From NCBI RefSeq assembly GCF_018977255.1, contig NW_024704755.1, positions 744,001-808,000 on the forward strand: a stretch of DNA of 64,000 nt, given 5' to 3'. The translations under genes and the position numbers were made by a program. A model generated the notes under the pieces. It did not search any database and was not told the origin of the DNA. It saw only the letters and a program-made list of their open reading frames with translations. Source of the DNA: Callorhinchus milii. Its lineage: Eukaryota. Shown piece by piece: positions 41,966-55,147 of the stretch (its first letter is position 1; each line of letters starts with the position of its first letter).

Positions 41966-44900
41966 CTAACCCTCCAGGCTGCCCCCCCATGGGGTCTCGG
42001 CCCCGTACAGCTCGGCCAGCATGCGGAAGCGCGGCCCCCAGTCACTCAGGAAATCGTAGTCCTGCTCGGAGTCCGCGGACGAGGCCCCGAGGGAGCTGAG
42101 GCTGTCGGCCACCGAATTTGTGCCCTCCTCCCCGAACATGTGCAGAGTGTCATATGGCAGCAGGTCCTGATCGCTGTCTGCCTCCTGCTTCTTCATGGTG
42201 ACCACACAGCCCATGTCAGCCTGGGGCTTCCTAACTCTGGCGTACACAGGGACAGGCTCCGGCACCACCTCGGGGAGGGTCTCAGGGATGGGGCCCCTGG
42301 CCCCTCGTGGCCCCCGGGCCCTCAGCGAGTTCAGAACGCTGATGTCAAAGCTGTTGGTGTCCATCTCGCCTCCGCCTTCCTCGTCGTATCTCACCAGCTG
42401 CTCCTGGATCTCACTCGGCTTCATCACCGCAAACACAGGCTTCTTCTGTAGCTTCTGGTACAGGATCAGCACCACGATGGCTGAGAGACACAGACAGAGA
42501 GAGAGAGAGAGAGAGAGAGACGAACATAGCTCATTACATTGGCCTGGCTTCTGGGAATACCGAGATTNNNNNNNNNNNNNNNNNNNNNNNNNNNNNNNNN
42601 NNNNNNNNNNNNNNNNNNNNNNNNNNNNNNNNNNNNNNNNNNNNNNNNNNNNNNNNNNNNNNNNNNNNNNNNNNNNNNNNNNNNNNNNNNNNNNNNNNNN
42701 NNNNNNNNNNNNNNNNNNNNNNNNNNNNNNNNNNNNNNNNNNNNNNNNNAGTGTGTGTGCGTGTGTGTGAAAAGGTGAGTGAGTGTGTGTGTATGTGAGT
42801 GGATGTGTGTGTATGTGAGTGAGTGTGTGTGTATGTGAGTGTGTGTGTATGTGAGTGTATCAGTGTAAGTGTCTATGAGTGAGTGTGTGTGTATGTGAGT
42901 GAGTGTGCGTGACTTAATTCACCTTGATTACACCGGTGATACAGGGAAGCAGATGGAGCAGTGTGTGGGGAGGGGATGGGGGGAGTTGTGGGATAAGGTG
43001 CATGGGGGGCGGTGGGGGGCGCGGAGTGCACTCACCGATGAGGATGATGATAAAGAGGAAGCTGATGAGCAGGACGGTCAGGTTGACCTTGGAGGTGAGG
43101 GGTTGTCTAAGAGTCCGGCAGTCCCCAGCCTCTCCGGCCTGGTCACAGGGACACACAGTGATGTCCAGGCTGCCTGTGCTGCTCATTGACGGACGCCCAT
43201 TGTCACTGACCACAATCGGCAGCCGGTACCTCGGCTGCTCCTTGTGGTTAAACCCCCCCAGCCTCACCGTCACGTTAGCCGTGTTATCTGAGCAGCAAAC
43301 AAAGCACACGGCTCACATCGTGGAACAGACATATAACACAGTATAACATGGGACAGACATATAACACAGCACAGGACAGACATATCAATGTCTCTATTAT
43401 TGTAGCAAGAGACTACCAGGATGCTGTCGAGGTGAACTCCATGGACCTTGGTCTGTTTTTGTCTTGCGATTCCTATGTTTCTGGGACAGACAATATAACA
43501 CAAGACAAGACTCTGAGATCAGCTCAGGAATAAAGACCAGTTTCAAGTCGGCTGAACGTAACCTCAGGGGCTTTCACCAGTTTGGGTCACGGAGTCACCA
43601 AGATCTCCCGGCATTCTGCAGCACGTGTGCAAATGGCAATCCTGTCCCCCCCCACCGTCACTGATTTAATTCCCCTCACCCATGTGTCATGGCCCCCTCG
43701 TGTCCCCCCTCATGTCGCAACCCCCCACCCCACCGTGTCCCCCTCCCACCCTCCATATCGCGGTCTCACTCACCCCCGTTGTTGCTCAGTGTGAAGTTAC
43801 TGTCTCTGGTGCCCAGGGAGAAATGGAACCTGACGGCCGTAGTCATTTCATCATCGTCCACAGCAGCGACAACCTGCACCAGCTGGGGGGCAGCGAGACC
43901 ACCGTCATCTCACAGTCGTTACAGAGTGGGCATCGCAAACCGCATCCCCCACAACCACCCCCTCCCCCACACACGCACAACCCCCCTCAAACCCCCCGCC
44001 CCACACACTCCATCCCCTTTCCCACACCCCCCGCGCACACACAGATACTTCCCAACACACACACACAGCCCATAACCCCACTTCCACACACACACACACA
44101 CACGTACAGCCTCCCCAACCCCCGCATCCCCAAATTAGAGCCTGGATTGTGATTACTCTGTGTTTCACAGAGGCAGATTTTAGCCGCCCGTCAGTTAATT
44201 GTGGTAAAGCCAGAGAGAGAGAACTCACCGAGCCCGGCCCCTGACGCTCACAGATAAATGGTCTGTAATCCTCTTTTAACCTCGGGGCATTGTCGTTCAC
44301 ATCCAGTACCTTGATGGCCACCAGGGCCTGTGAGTGGATCATCAACGAGACCCCTGAGACACACACACACACACGTGGGCAAAGGGCAAACAGTTACAGG
44401 GCGTCACAGCAACAACAACAACAACAAGATTCCATTTACAGAGCGCCTTTCACGTCGGGAGCAACACAACAGCAGGAGATAATTATTACAGTCAACCCAT
44501 TAGGGAATGTTACAACCTCCCCACACACTCCGTGTCCCTCGCCTGCAAAACACACAGTCACTACACTTGACAGTAAAACCCAGCAACGTGTCTTGGGATC
44601 GTCTCATTGATGTGATCCCGAGCGCAAGGACTGTTATTAATATTATTATGATCATAACCGTGGTCACTTACTGCCTTTAGAGACCTCGGTGGCTGTGACG
44701 GTGATGTTGTGCCAGGCGTGTGTCTCCCGGTCCAGCGAGACTCTGGTGTAGATGTTGCCGCTATCCGGTGCGATTCGGAAAAAACTGCCACCGGTCTTCA
44801 GCCTGTACCTGTACACAGGTAAAGCTCACAGTCACGCCTGTGCTCACTGCCACCTTGTGATGTCCTCCCGATGTGAAAGGTGCAATACAAATTTGTCATG

Positions 44901-45294
44901 GAGTCCTGTAGCTCAGTGGTTAGAGCCCTCGCCTCACAAGCGAGAGGACCCGGGTTCGATTCCCAGGCGAAACGTTGGGCAAATTTCCTTACTCCACAAG
45001 CCTCTGTTTACCCAGAAGTGAGTAGGAACCCGGCTGTTAGTCTATTGGAGGATCGCTTTTCCGGGGATAATAATCCTTCCCGGACAAAAAATTATTTAAA
45101 AAAAATTTGGTCACTCAATCCACGGCTGTTTGTGGGGACGCTGCTGTGCGCGATTGGCTGCCGCGTTTCACCCACAAAATACACAGTCAATTCACTTTAC
45201 AGTGTATCCTGTGAAGCGCTTTGAGGCGTCTCGAAGACGTGATGAGGCGCTGTGTCAAATGCGAGGATTATTATTATTATTATTATTATTATTA

Positions 45295-45358
<64 letters not shown>

Positions 45359-48300
45359 CTTACTGAATGGCGTTTCTGGCCTGATCCGGGTCTTTGGCCT
45401 TGACCTGTCCCACCTGGGTGTCTGCCGGCTGGTTCTCTGAGACGCTGAAGCTGTAGAAGGGGTGGCTGAAAACAGGCGGCTCATCCACATCCAACACAGT
45501 GACCAGCAGCTCAGCTTTCGTCTTGGTCATCCAACTGCCCGGTGTGGGGTTATCCGCCTCCACCTCTATTTTGTACCTGTTCAGCTTCTCAAAGTCCAGG
45601 GGCTGCGAGACCATAACCAGTGTTATCATAATAAGACACATTAAAGCTCCCTCTACACTGTGCGTCCACTCTCCCAGGTCAGGGTTAGAGACACAGTAAA
45701 GCTCCCTCTACACTGTCCCTCCAATCCCTCCAAAACAAAAAACAATAATAAATTGGTCATTTTCAATCTACGACTGTTTATGGGACATTGTTGTGCGCAA
45801 TTGGCTGCCGCGTTCGCCCACAAATATACAGTCAATTCACTTTACAGTGTGTTCTATCAAGCGCTTTGGGACGTCCTCCCGACGTGAAAAGCGCTATATC
45901 AAATGCAAGGATTATTATTATTATTATTATTAGTATGTGCATCCACACTCCCAGGTCAGGGTTAGAGACACAGTAAAGCTCCCTCTACATTATGTGTCCA
46001 CATGCCTGGGTCACTTTCCGATCTCCCTTTACCTTCTTCAGTGTAATTACTCCCTCCTGAGTATTTGCGTCAGTTTTGATAGTGAAGAAGTTGCTATTCG
46101 GGATGAAGGTGTAAATTATTCGGGCATTCTCCCCCTCGTCACCATCCTCCGCCTTCACCCGGCCGATCTCCTGTCCTACTATCTTGTCCTCCGACACATT
46201 GAACTTGTACTGGGCTGTCCAGGAAGGTGAGACATTGAATTTATGAAACGGTCTCATTTCTCTCTCTCTCTCTCTCTCTCTCTCCCTTACTTCCCTAATC
46301 CAGAGAGTATTCTATACCAACCTGTCTGCTCTCTCTGCTCAGCAGAGTTCTGCCTGTTCCATGTCCCCCCACTGTCCGCGCCCCCCACACCATCGGTGGC
46401 TGGGACTTCCGCCTCCCTGCCCCAACCTTTTGGAGCTCCATCCCACAGTCCCCTTGCCTCACCCCCCCTCCCTTGCTTCCTTCAAGCCCCGTCTTCAAGA
46501 TCCTCCCTCCTCTTCGACCGCGCCTTCGGTCACCCTCCTACCTCTACCCTCCCTGCCATCCACAGGGATCCTGATCCCAACCGCCAGCTCGGAATTAAAG
46601 CTTTGACTGTCCAGCGCCTTGGGACACCCTCCCGAGGTGAAAGGCGCTGTGTGAGTGTCATTTGTTGTTGTTATTGGAGCCGGGGCTGGGCAACAAGCAG
46701 ACACTCACTATGTGAGAAGTGGGGCGGGTTGTCATTGATGTCGGTCAGACTGATGAGGACAGTGGCCGTGGAGCTGAAGCCCCCGTTTTGGGTGCCCATG
46801 TCCTTGGCCTGGACAAACACTTCATAGTCTTTCTTCTGCTCCCGGTCCATGTTCGGCGACTTAACGCGTATGATTCCTGGGAAAAGAGGAGGGAGGGAGA
46901 GGAGAGAGATTGTTAGGTTTCCGCTGGGGTCTTTAAGCTCCAGTGTATTGCTGGGGTGGGAGTGAGGGGGATTGCGGCGTTCTGCAGATGAGATGATAAA
47001 CTGCGCTCCCCATCCGTGCCCTGTTCAGGTGGACGTTAAAGATCCTGCAACACTGTTGGAAAAGAGAAGGGAGTTTCTCTTTCTCTCTCCCAGCGTCCTG
47101 ACTGACAATCTTTCCTCCCCCACCCCAGATAAAATCGCTCATTCACTGATTATAGGGAAACTGGCTGTCGCGTTCATCCACAAAACACATAGTCACTACA
47201 CTTTACAGTAAAATGCTGCAAAGCGCTTTGAGACATCTTCCTGATGAGAAAGCGGCCATATCAATTGCAAGACTTATTTTATTATTATCAGTCTGTTAGA
47301 AAAGAAAACAGCTTCCAGATTAAGCCTGGATATTAGAGATTTTCCACTGTTTTACCTGTAGCAATACAAACCTGCTCCCCCCCAGCATTGCCCACCCCCA
47401 CCTTCTCAATCCACGACTGTTTGTGGGACGCTGTTGTGCGCAATTGGCTGCTGCGTTTCACCCCAAAAATTCACAGTCAATTCACTTTACAGTGTATTCT
47501 GTGAAGCGCTTTGAGACAATTCAAAGACATTTTGAGGCGTTCTATCAAATGCAAGGATTATTATTATTATTATTATTATAAATCGAGCCAAAGAAGCGAG
47601 TGGCGGGTACCTGAGAATGTTTCGATGATGAAGTTCTGTTCTTTTCCCAGTAGCTGGTATGTTATTTTTGTGTGTGAGCCCACCGTGGGGTCATCAGCGT
47701 CATGAGCTGTTACTTTCAGAACAGAGGTGCCTGCGGGAGAGATTTGGAGTTTCAGATTACACGCCTGACCACCCCCCGGTCACGCGAGGGTTGCGGGGTG
47801 AAGAAGACCCTGCGGCTCATTTCATCTCGTCCTTACAGAATGCCCGTCCGTCCCCACCTCACAGCGTCCAGCTGCTTCTTAAATGAGTCCCAGTTTCCCT
47901 GGCCTCCCCCCCCCCCCTCCCTGGTCAACCCCCCCACCCCTTCCATCCAGCTGTTTGTTAGTCTGGCCAACAGCTGGCGTGTTCTCGCTGACAATCCCTC
48001 CCCCCAAATAAAATCGGCCGCTCACTTCACGGCTGTCTGCAGTGACTGCACTGTGCGCAAAATTGAGCTGTCGTGTTGGCCCACACAACACACAGTCACT
48101 ACACCTTATGGTATGATTTTTTCTGGTTCTCCCTCTTGCACCTCACGAGCTCTTACCATTAGGGGACATCTCAGGGATGGACCCCTTAAACACCTCCTGA
48201 GTAAACTTGGGGGCGTTGTCGTTAATGTCTGACACAGATATGGTGAAATTTGTAGCGAGGCCCAAAATATCTTTGCTGATCGAGCTCCTCACAAAAGCTT

Positions 48301-49316
48301 GCAGGAAATACTTGGTCTTCTCTTCCCGGTCCAGAGTCCTGTACACAGCGATGGATCCGTTGTTGGGGTTCACCTTAAATAAAATCCCCGCCCCATCTCC
48401 CTCCAGGATGTACGTGGTGTTCCCGGGTTTGTGCAACTTGGAATAGATCTTCAAAACACAATTGGCCAGTTTGTCACATTTTGTTTCTTGGATCATAGAG
48501 AATACAGGAAGAGGAGGAGGCCATTCAGCCCACCAAGCCTGTTCCACCAGTTTAATAGGACTTGGTAGATCTTTTAACCTCATTGCCTGCACCCCCCTCC
48601 CACCCCTCCCCATCCTTTCACCATTCCCCATAATTAATACCTGTCCTACCCCAATCTCTGTCTATCTTTCTCCTTCACAAATCTCGATTGATTCCAGCTC
48701 TACAGCTTCCTGGGGCCCAGAATTCCACATCCTCACAAGGCTCTGCGTGAGGAATCTCTGGCTACCCTCAGTTCTCACCTTCCAGCTTTGAGTTTAAGGC
48801 TCCGCTCCTTGCAATGATCCCTCCACCAAAGGAAAGAGTCATCTGCTCCCTAACTCGTCAATTCCTCTCATTATTTTACACACTTCAAATCACATCACCG
48901 CGTGACCTCCTCTGCCCTGAGGAATATAATCTGAGTCTCCCCAGCCTCTCATCATTACTCAGCCCCTTCAGCCCAGGTTTTCATTTAGTGAGCAGTCCAT
49001 GTCTTCCTGTCAGATTATAGAAAGACTCAGGGAGGAAGGTTATAAGAAATCCTTTCCACACAGAGGGTTATTAGAACATGCAATGCCTTGCCACTGAACG
49101 TCAGAGCACAACTTACAGAAAAATACTATTGATGGTAACAAATATAGAGTTTGGTGGCCTTACCCTCCCGATGTTCTTAGGAAATGGCCCTTCATAGTTC
49201 TCGAACTCGTGCAGGTTGTTCCACACCCAGTCCTCGCTCACCGTGTTCGGAGGCTGTTGGGTCACGCAGCTCACGGTGGTGACCAAGGCAAGAAGCAGAC
49301 AGGTGGCTCCCAACAT
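41966..49316 (-). CDS. CDH5: Cadherin-5 / VE-cadherin (11 coding exons, 763 aa)
   Basis: Exons 49316-49164, 48448-48157, 47730-47611, 46876-46709, 46214-46033, 45602-45364, 44808-44672, 44353-44229, 43882-43774, 43287-43036, 42480-41966. Type II start DWVWN and Ca motifs LDRE, DINDNAP and AHDADD are present. Tail [16 protein letters not shown]...VYARVRK...[14 protein letters not shown] is CDH5-like, and the gene is syntenic with BEAN1. Minus-strand AATAAA at 41342-41347. Confidence 0.95.
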
Positions 49317-49523
49317 TCTGCCCTTGGAGACCTGGGCACACGGTCAGGTTAATACCATGGGTTACAATAGCCACACAGCCTCGTGGTAACACACCGTTTG
49401 GGTTCGAAAACCCCATCGTGGCCTGGACTGTAGGAATTTCCCCGCCCGACAGACACTGCATTGTGAATGGCTGGTTTCCTTTGTTAGAACCGCAGAATAA
49501 TACCTTCCAACTTCCAAATCATG

Positions 49524-49577
<54 letters not shown>

Positions 49578-50824
49578 ATGATTTATTATTATGATCATTA
49601 TTTATAATCATTTATTATTTTATTTATTATTCTATAGAATGATTTAACCTGTAATAACATAATGATAGTAAGAATATTTTGATGTAGAGCCTCACACATC
49701 AGGAGGATTCATCGTAGAGCACCCATAAGTGCTCTAAGACACTATAATAATAATAATAAATACAAATTGTTGTTGTTGTAGAGTGTAGTGACTATGCATT
49801 TTGCTCGGGTAATTTGGACCAAATTCAGACGGGATTGTTACCAATCTCAATTGCCAGGCCAGATGGGCTCACTGGCTAAGGCTGGGCTCGGGATAAGTGC
49901 GTTCTCTGGGCCACACATGTCCTCTGCTTCCCTTTGTCTCAGACAGGAAATTCCTAGCATTGAAACCATCCTGGGATCATACAGTATTGGCCAACCAAGA
50001 GGCTGTCGGTTGGGTCATTCCTCGCTGTATTTGTATAAAGCTGACGTACACTATTTTTAACTCAGAGACACATGAAACCTTTTGAACTGCCCTGCTGCTC
50101 TGACACACGCCCTTCCTGCCATTTATAACTGGGGGGAAAGAAACCCTCCAGTGCATTCATTCCTTATCAATCATCTCCATGTCCGTTCTCTTCCACTGCA
50201 GTTGGGGAAGGGACCAGCCAGTCTCTAACGGGCCACTTTTTGAAATTGGTCTCATCTTGCGACATATCCTATGGACACTATTGGAAAAGAGAAGGGAGTT
50301 CCTCTCTCCCTCCTGGTGTCCTGGTCGACAATCCCCCAAATAAAATTGATCACTCACTCCATTTGTGGGATCTTGCTATGCACAAATTGGCTCCTGCATT
50401 TGCCCTCAAAATACGACAAACACTACACTTTACATTATATCCTGTGAAGAGCTTTGGGACATCTAATCCCATTGCCCTACTATATCCCCATTGTATCTGT
50501 GCTGGTTCTTGCTCCCTCACTAGAGCTCTCTACGCTAACCCCATTCCCTGCTCTCTCCTCGCACCCTTTAATGTTAGTTATCCAATTCCTTTGGAAATCC
50601 TGTCACTGACCCGGTTTCTAACAGCCATTTACACTGAGGCATCCGATGTTCAAACAACTCCTCACTTAAAATAAATCCTTTCTTCGTGTAGTGACAAGAA
50701 TTCACTTTATCCCCACTTGTTACTACTGAGCTGCTGATCAGTGCAGATAATCTCTCTCTATTTACCCTATTAAAGCCACTCACAGTTGTGAAAACATAAC
50801 TTGTATTGATAGTGTCAGTGGAAA

Positions 50825-51492
50825 GTGTGTGGGTGTGTTGTGTTGTGTATGTGGTGTTTGTGTCTGTGTTGTGTGGGTGTGTGGGTATGGGTGTGTGTGG
50901 GTGTGCGTTGTGTGGGTATGGGTGCGTGTGTGTTGTGTGGGTGTGTGTTATGTGGGTGTGTCGGTATGGGTGTGTGTGGGTGTGTGGATATGGATGTGTG
51001 TGGGCATGTGTTATGTGGGTGTGCGCGGGTGTGTTGTGTGGGTGTGTGTGGGTGTGTGTGTGGGGGTATGTGTGGGTGTGTGGTATGGGTGTGTGGGTAT
51101 GTGGGTGTGCGGGTGTGGGTGTGTGTGTGTGGATATGGGTGTGTGTGGGTGCNNNNNNNNNNNNNNNNNNNNNNNNNNNNNNNNNNNNNNNNNNNNNNNN
51201 NNNNNNNNNNNNNNNNNNNNNNNNNNNNNNNNNNNNNNNNNNNNNNNNNNNNNNNNNNNNNNNNNNNNNNNNNNNNNNNNNNNNNNNNNNNNNNNNNNNN
51301 NNNNNNNNNNNNNNNNNNNNNNNNNNNNNNNNNNNNNNNNNNNNNNNNNNNNNNNNNNNNNNNNNNNNNNNNNNNNNNNNNNNNNNNNNNNNNNNNNNNN
51401 NNNNNNNNNNNNNNNNNNNNNNNNNNNNNNNNNNNNNNNNNNNNNNNNNNNNNNNNNNNNNNNNNNNNNNGTGGGTATGGGTGTGTGTGGGT
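50825..51492. repeat. GT-rich low-complexity satellite in the CDH5 first intron
   Basis: Visible (GT)/(GGT) array around an N gap. Confidence 0.9.
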
Positions 51493-52518
51493 TAGTGACC
51501 AGACACCAGTCTCATTCCCAAATTGTGAAACCAAACATGAAAAACGTTTTGATTTTGTTCTCTCTGTTATACAGTGAGTATAGCAGTGAGAAAGCTGGTC
51601 AGACAGCGCTCTCAATGGTAAACTATGCGGTTTCGCTGGTTAGACTCCAGCAGTTACCCCAACGCACACTCTGGGGTCCCCCCAAACCTTGGCTCTTGCC
51701 AACCTGTGCCTAATACTCTCCCGAATTAGGTAAGCGGGATGTGTCCCTCCAGAGAGCGAGAAAGAGAGAGCGCATTCCATTCCAATAATTTATCTCGGAA
51801 ATTTCCATGTGTAACAACAACAAAAGGATTGCATTTATAGAGCGCCTTTCACGTCGGGAGGACGTCCCATGGAATAGTCCCGTGGAATACTTGCAATTCT
51901 CAACTTAGTTTGGATAGTTTTAAACCCGGTGATGGGTTTCCACCTGTGCCAGACACCCAGCCGGTCAAAACAAAATACTGTTAGTTACGTGTCAGCCTGG
52001 CTTTGCCAGTAACACTTGCCTCTGGGTCAGAAAGTTACAGACTCAAGCCCTAACCGCAGGGACTTTGAGCTCACAGTCTCGGTGCAGTGCCGGGGGAGGA
52101 GAGAGAAGGTGGTGGGGGTGGGGGAGCGCTGTATTGTTGGATACGCCACTCTTCAGATTAGACATTAGACTGAGGTCCCATCCGTGTCTGTTCAGGTGGA
52201 TGTTAAAACTCCCATGACCGTTTCTGGAAAGGGAATCTCTCCCTGTGTCCCGAGCGGCCGGTGATCTCCCAGATAAACCAGGTCACTGACCGAATGGCTG
52301 TTTACGGGATGTTGGTGCGCGCAAGTTGGCTGCTGCGTTTTTGCCTACAGATAAACAGTCACTACACCTGAGCGTGATTCCCTGCTGAGCGCTTTGGGGT
52401 GTTTAGACTTGATGTTCTAGGAGCCGTATCAAATGCCGGGATTAGTATTACATTTCCGATATAAACTCGGAATGGTGTGGGCATTTAGTCACTCCTGGGA
52501 CACGCACAGAGCACTTAC

Positions 52519-52760
52519 CCCGCGTGTCTCTCCCGCTCCTCCGCACGTGGGGCTGTGTGTTTTCTGCTCGGTGGAGAAATCCAAAGGAGAAGCTTGAGAT
52601 TTTGAGGAAGCCAAAGGCTGTGAGATTGGAGTTGGGTTTGAGGGCTGCGCTGTGTGATGTGGTTTACGAACTCCCTCCCCGGCCGGACGCACGACTGGTG
52701 AGGTACTCACTGCACTCCCAGCACTCAGCCTGGTCTGCTGGTTTCCTGTCATTGTTCAGC
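52519..52760 (-). promoter_or_regulatory. Putative CDH5 proximal promoter and non-coding exon 1
   Basis: Minus-strand GAACAATGACAGGAAACC (52757-52740) is a SOX plus ETS composite. A strong donor GGG|GTAAGT lies at 52519/52518, and the matching acceptor at 49332-49334 precedes the ATG exon. Confidence 0.65.
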
Positions 52761-54854
52761 CCAGTGATATCAGAGCCCAGAGATGAGAATGACGGAAACC
52801 AGATAAATTGAGAGTAATTAGTGTATTTAAAAAAAACTACTCTCTGGGCTGAGCGGGGATAAGTCAGATGTTAATGTTAAATGGTCGTGTTGTATGCCAG
52901 TCGCTGTCAACTCAAACAACTACAACTAATCTCACCCAGCGAGCGTCACCCGAAAGGAAAAATCAAACGTTTTCATGAAGAATAATTACTTTTTTTTATT
53001 TTGGAAAAAAAAGCTGTTTCTTTTTGAAAATCGGAGTCGTGATGATATTTGAGGGTTTGAGGCATGTGTTTGGAGCGCTGGCGGAGGCTCACTCCCTCCC
53101 ATGGCAGGTGGAAGGTGTCACAAGGGGCCGGGAGCTGAGGGTGGACACTGGAAGAGTTAATAGTAATAATAATAATCCTTGCCTTTGATACAGCGCCTTA
53201 TCACATCATTGAGACTTCTCAAAGATATACTGTAAAGTGAAATGACTGCGTATTTTCTGGGTGAAACGCGGCAGCCAATTGCGCATAAACAGTCGTGGAT
53301 TGAGTGACCGAATGTTTTTTTGGGGGAAGGATTATTACCCCCTGGAAAGCGATCCACCAATCGAATAACAACCGGGTTCTTACTTACTGCTCGGTAAACA
53401 GAGGGGCTTATTGCTGGCATTGGGCAACTTCGCACACATTAACTTTGCACATTGAGTAATCGAAATGTGGAATGTTTAGTCCCAGGTGCCACCCAATCTT
53501 TGATCAATCAAACCTAAGATTTCTTTATAAACACACACGCTGACACACACACACACGCTGGCTCACACACACGCACAATCATGCACACATGCATGCACAG
53601 ACACACATGCACACGCACACGGGCACCGACTCACACACATACAGCCACACATTGACACACACACACACAATGAGGCAGTGAGTTGCTGATTGTAACTGAG
53701 GTGGAAATGGCCAGGTCACATTGTGAGGCTAGAGTCTCGCTCCCTGGGGAATGACCTACACAATCCCAACTCCACACTGACTTCCTGTTCCCGCAGCTGA
53801 GAGAGAGAGAGGATGTTGGTGTGAATTTCCATTCAGCTGCCTGTTCAAATAAACAGCCACAAGTTACCGGCCCAGCTCAAACCAGGGTAATTTTACCTCC
53901 ACCCCCACCATCAAATCCCCCCTTCCCTGCCTCTCATCCCTGAAATTCCACAGCATGTGGGACCATTTTTCCTTATAATGCAACATCGTCCAGGACTGTG
54001 GAAAATTCTCAATTCCAGTCTGGGGCCATTACTTCCACAAGTCTGAAAAGAAAACAGCTTCCAGATTAAGCCAGGATTTGAGAGATCTGCCACTATTTTA
54101 CCCCTAAACAATATAGCCACGCTCTCTGCGCCCCCCCACCCCCCTCATTCTATGACTGTTTGTGGGGACACTGCTGTGTGCAATTGGCTGTCGTGTTTCG
54201 CCCACAAAATGCACAGTCAATCCACTTTACAGTATATCGTGTGAAGCGCTTTGAGGCGTCTCAATCACGTGATATGGTGTTGTATCAAATGCAAGGATTA
54301 TTATTACAGCCTGGAGCGTGAGCTCAAACCCTGACCTTTGGTTATTGGGTTTAAATCCCTACAACACAGAACGCTTCTGACCAAGCAAACAGCAGCAGTT
54401 TGTGCGAGTGAGTGAGTGAATGTAATGACTGGGTTACTTGGGGATAAACGCCTTTGGTGCTCACACTGTGTCAGACACTGAGCAGCGACTGACACTGACC
54501 TCGGAGTAGGGGGGCAGTTTATCTCAGTTTAATCCCAGACTGAGGTCAGTTCACCAGCGGGCACAGCTCAGAACTCAAGTGCTCGGTTCCTGCCAGTCTG
54601 TTGGCAAACACCAGTTCCTCAACTGTTCTGCTTACCGCTGCATCTCTCCACGAGACGACTTCCTCCTCCCCCCCATCCTCTCGCTCCCTCCCATCGCTCC
54701 CGTCTCCTCCCAGAGACACACTCACTCACGTCTGGTTTCACTTCTGTGTTGTGAAATGATTACAGCGTCCATCACGTCAAAAACGTTCAATGGTAACTGC
54801 TGTGGGAGCAGTGATGAGATGGGGGGGGGAGCAATAACGGGGGCTGGGAGGGGG

Positions 54855-55147
54855 GCTCCAGTGGGGGAGTGAACACTGGCACAGACACGATGGGGGGGCG
54901 AGAGCAGGGAATGGGGTTAGAGTAGAGAGCTCCAGTGGGGGAGTGAGCACCGGCACGGACACGATGTGGGGGGGGGGGTGCGAGAGCAGGGAATGGGGTT
55001 AGACTAGAGAGCTCGGGTGGGGGAGTGAGCACCGGCACAGACACGATGGGGGGGGGGGCGAGAGCAGGGAATGGGGTTAGACTAGAGAGCTCCCATGTGT
55101 GGGTGGGGGGGAGGAGGTGGGTAGGAATGAGCACCATCACAGACACG
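54855..55147 (+). repeat. ~75-80 bp minisatellite (3-4 copies) resembling a CR1 3' end
   Basis: Unit GCTCCAGTGGGGGAGTGAGCACCGGCACAGACACGATGGG...GGAATGGGGTTAGACTAGAGA. A single inverted copy lies at ~63500-63570. Confidence 0.8.

Noticed and set aside
44899-44970. tRNA-like sequences with A and B boxes (also ~10185, 20340-20410, 56140-56205)
   Set aside because: They have no proper acceptor stem, variable anticodons, and each continues into a SINE body and tail. They are SINE heads, not tRNA genes.
45197-45490. Poly-Ile, poly-Tyr and poly-Leu ORFs
   Set aside because: They are translations of the (TTA)n SINE tail.
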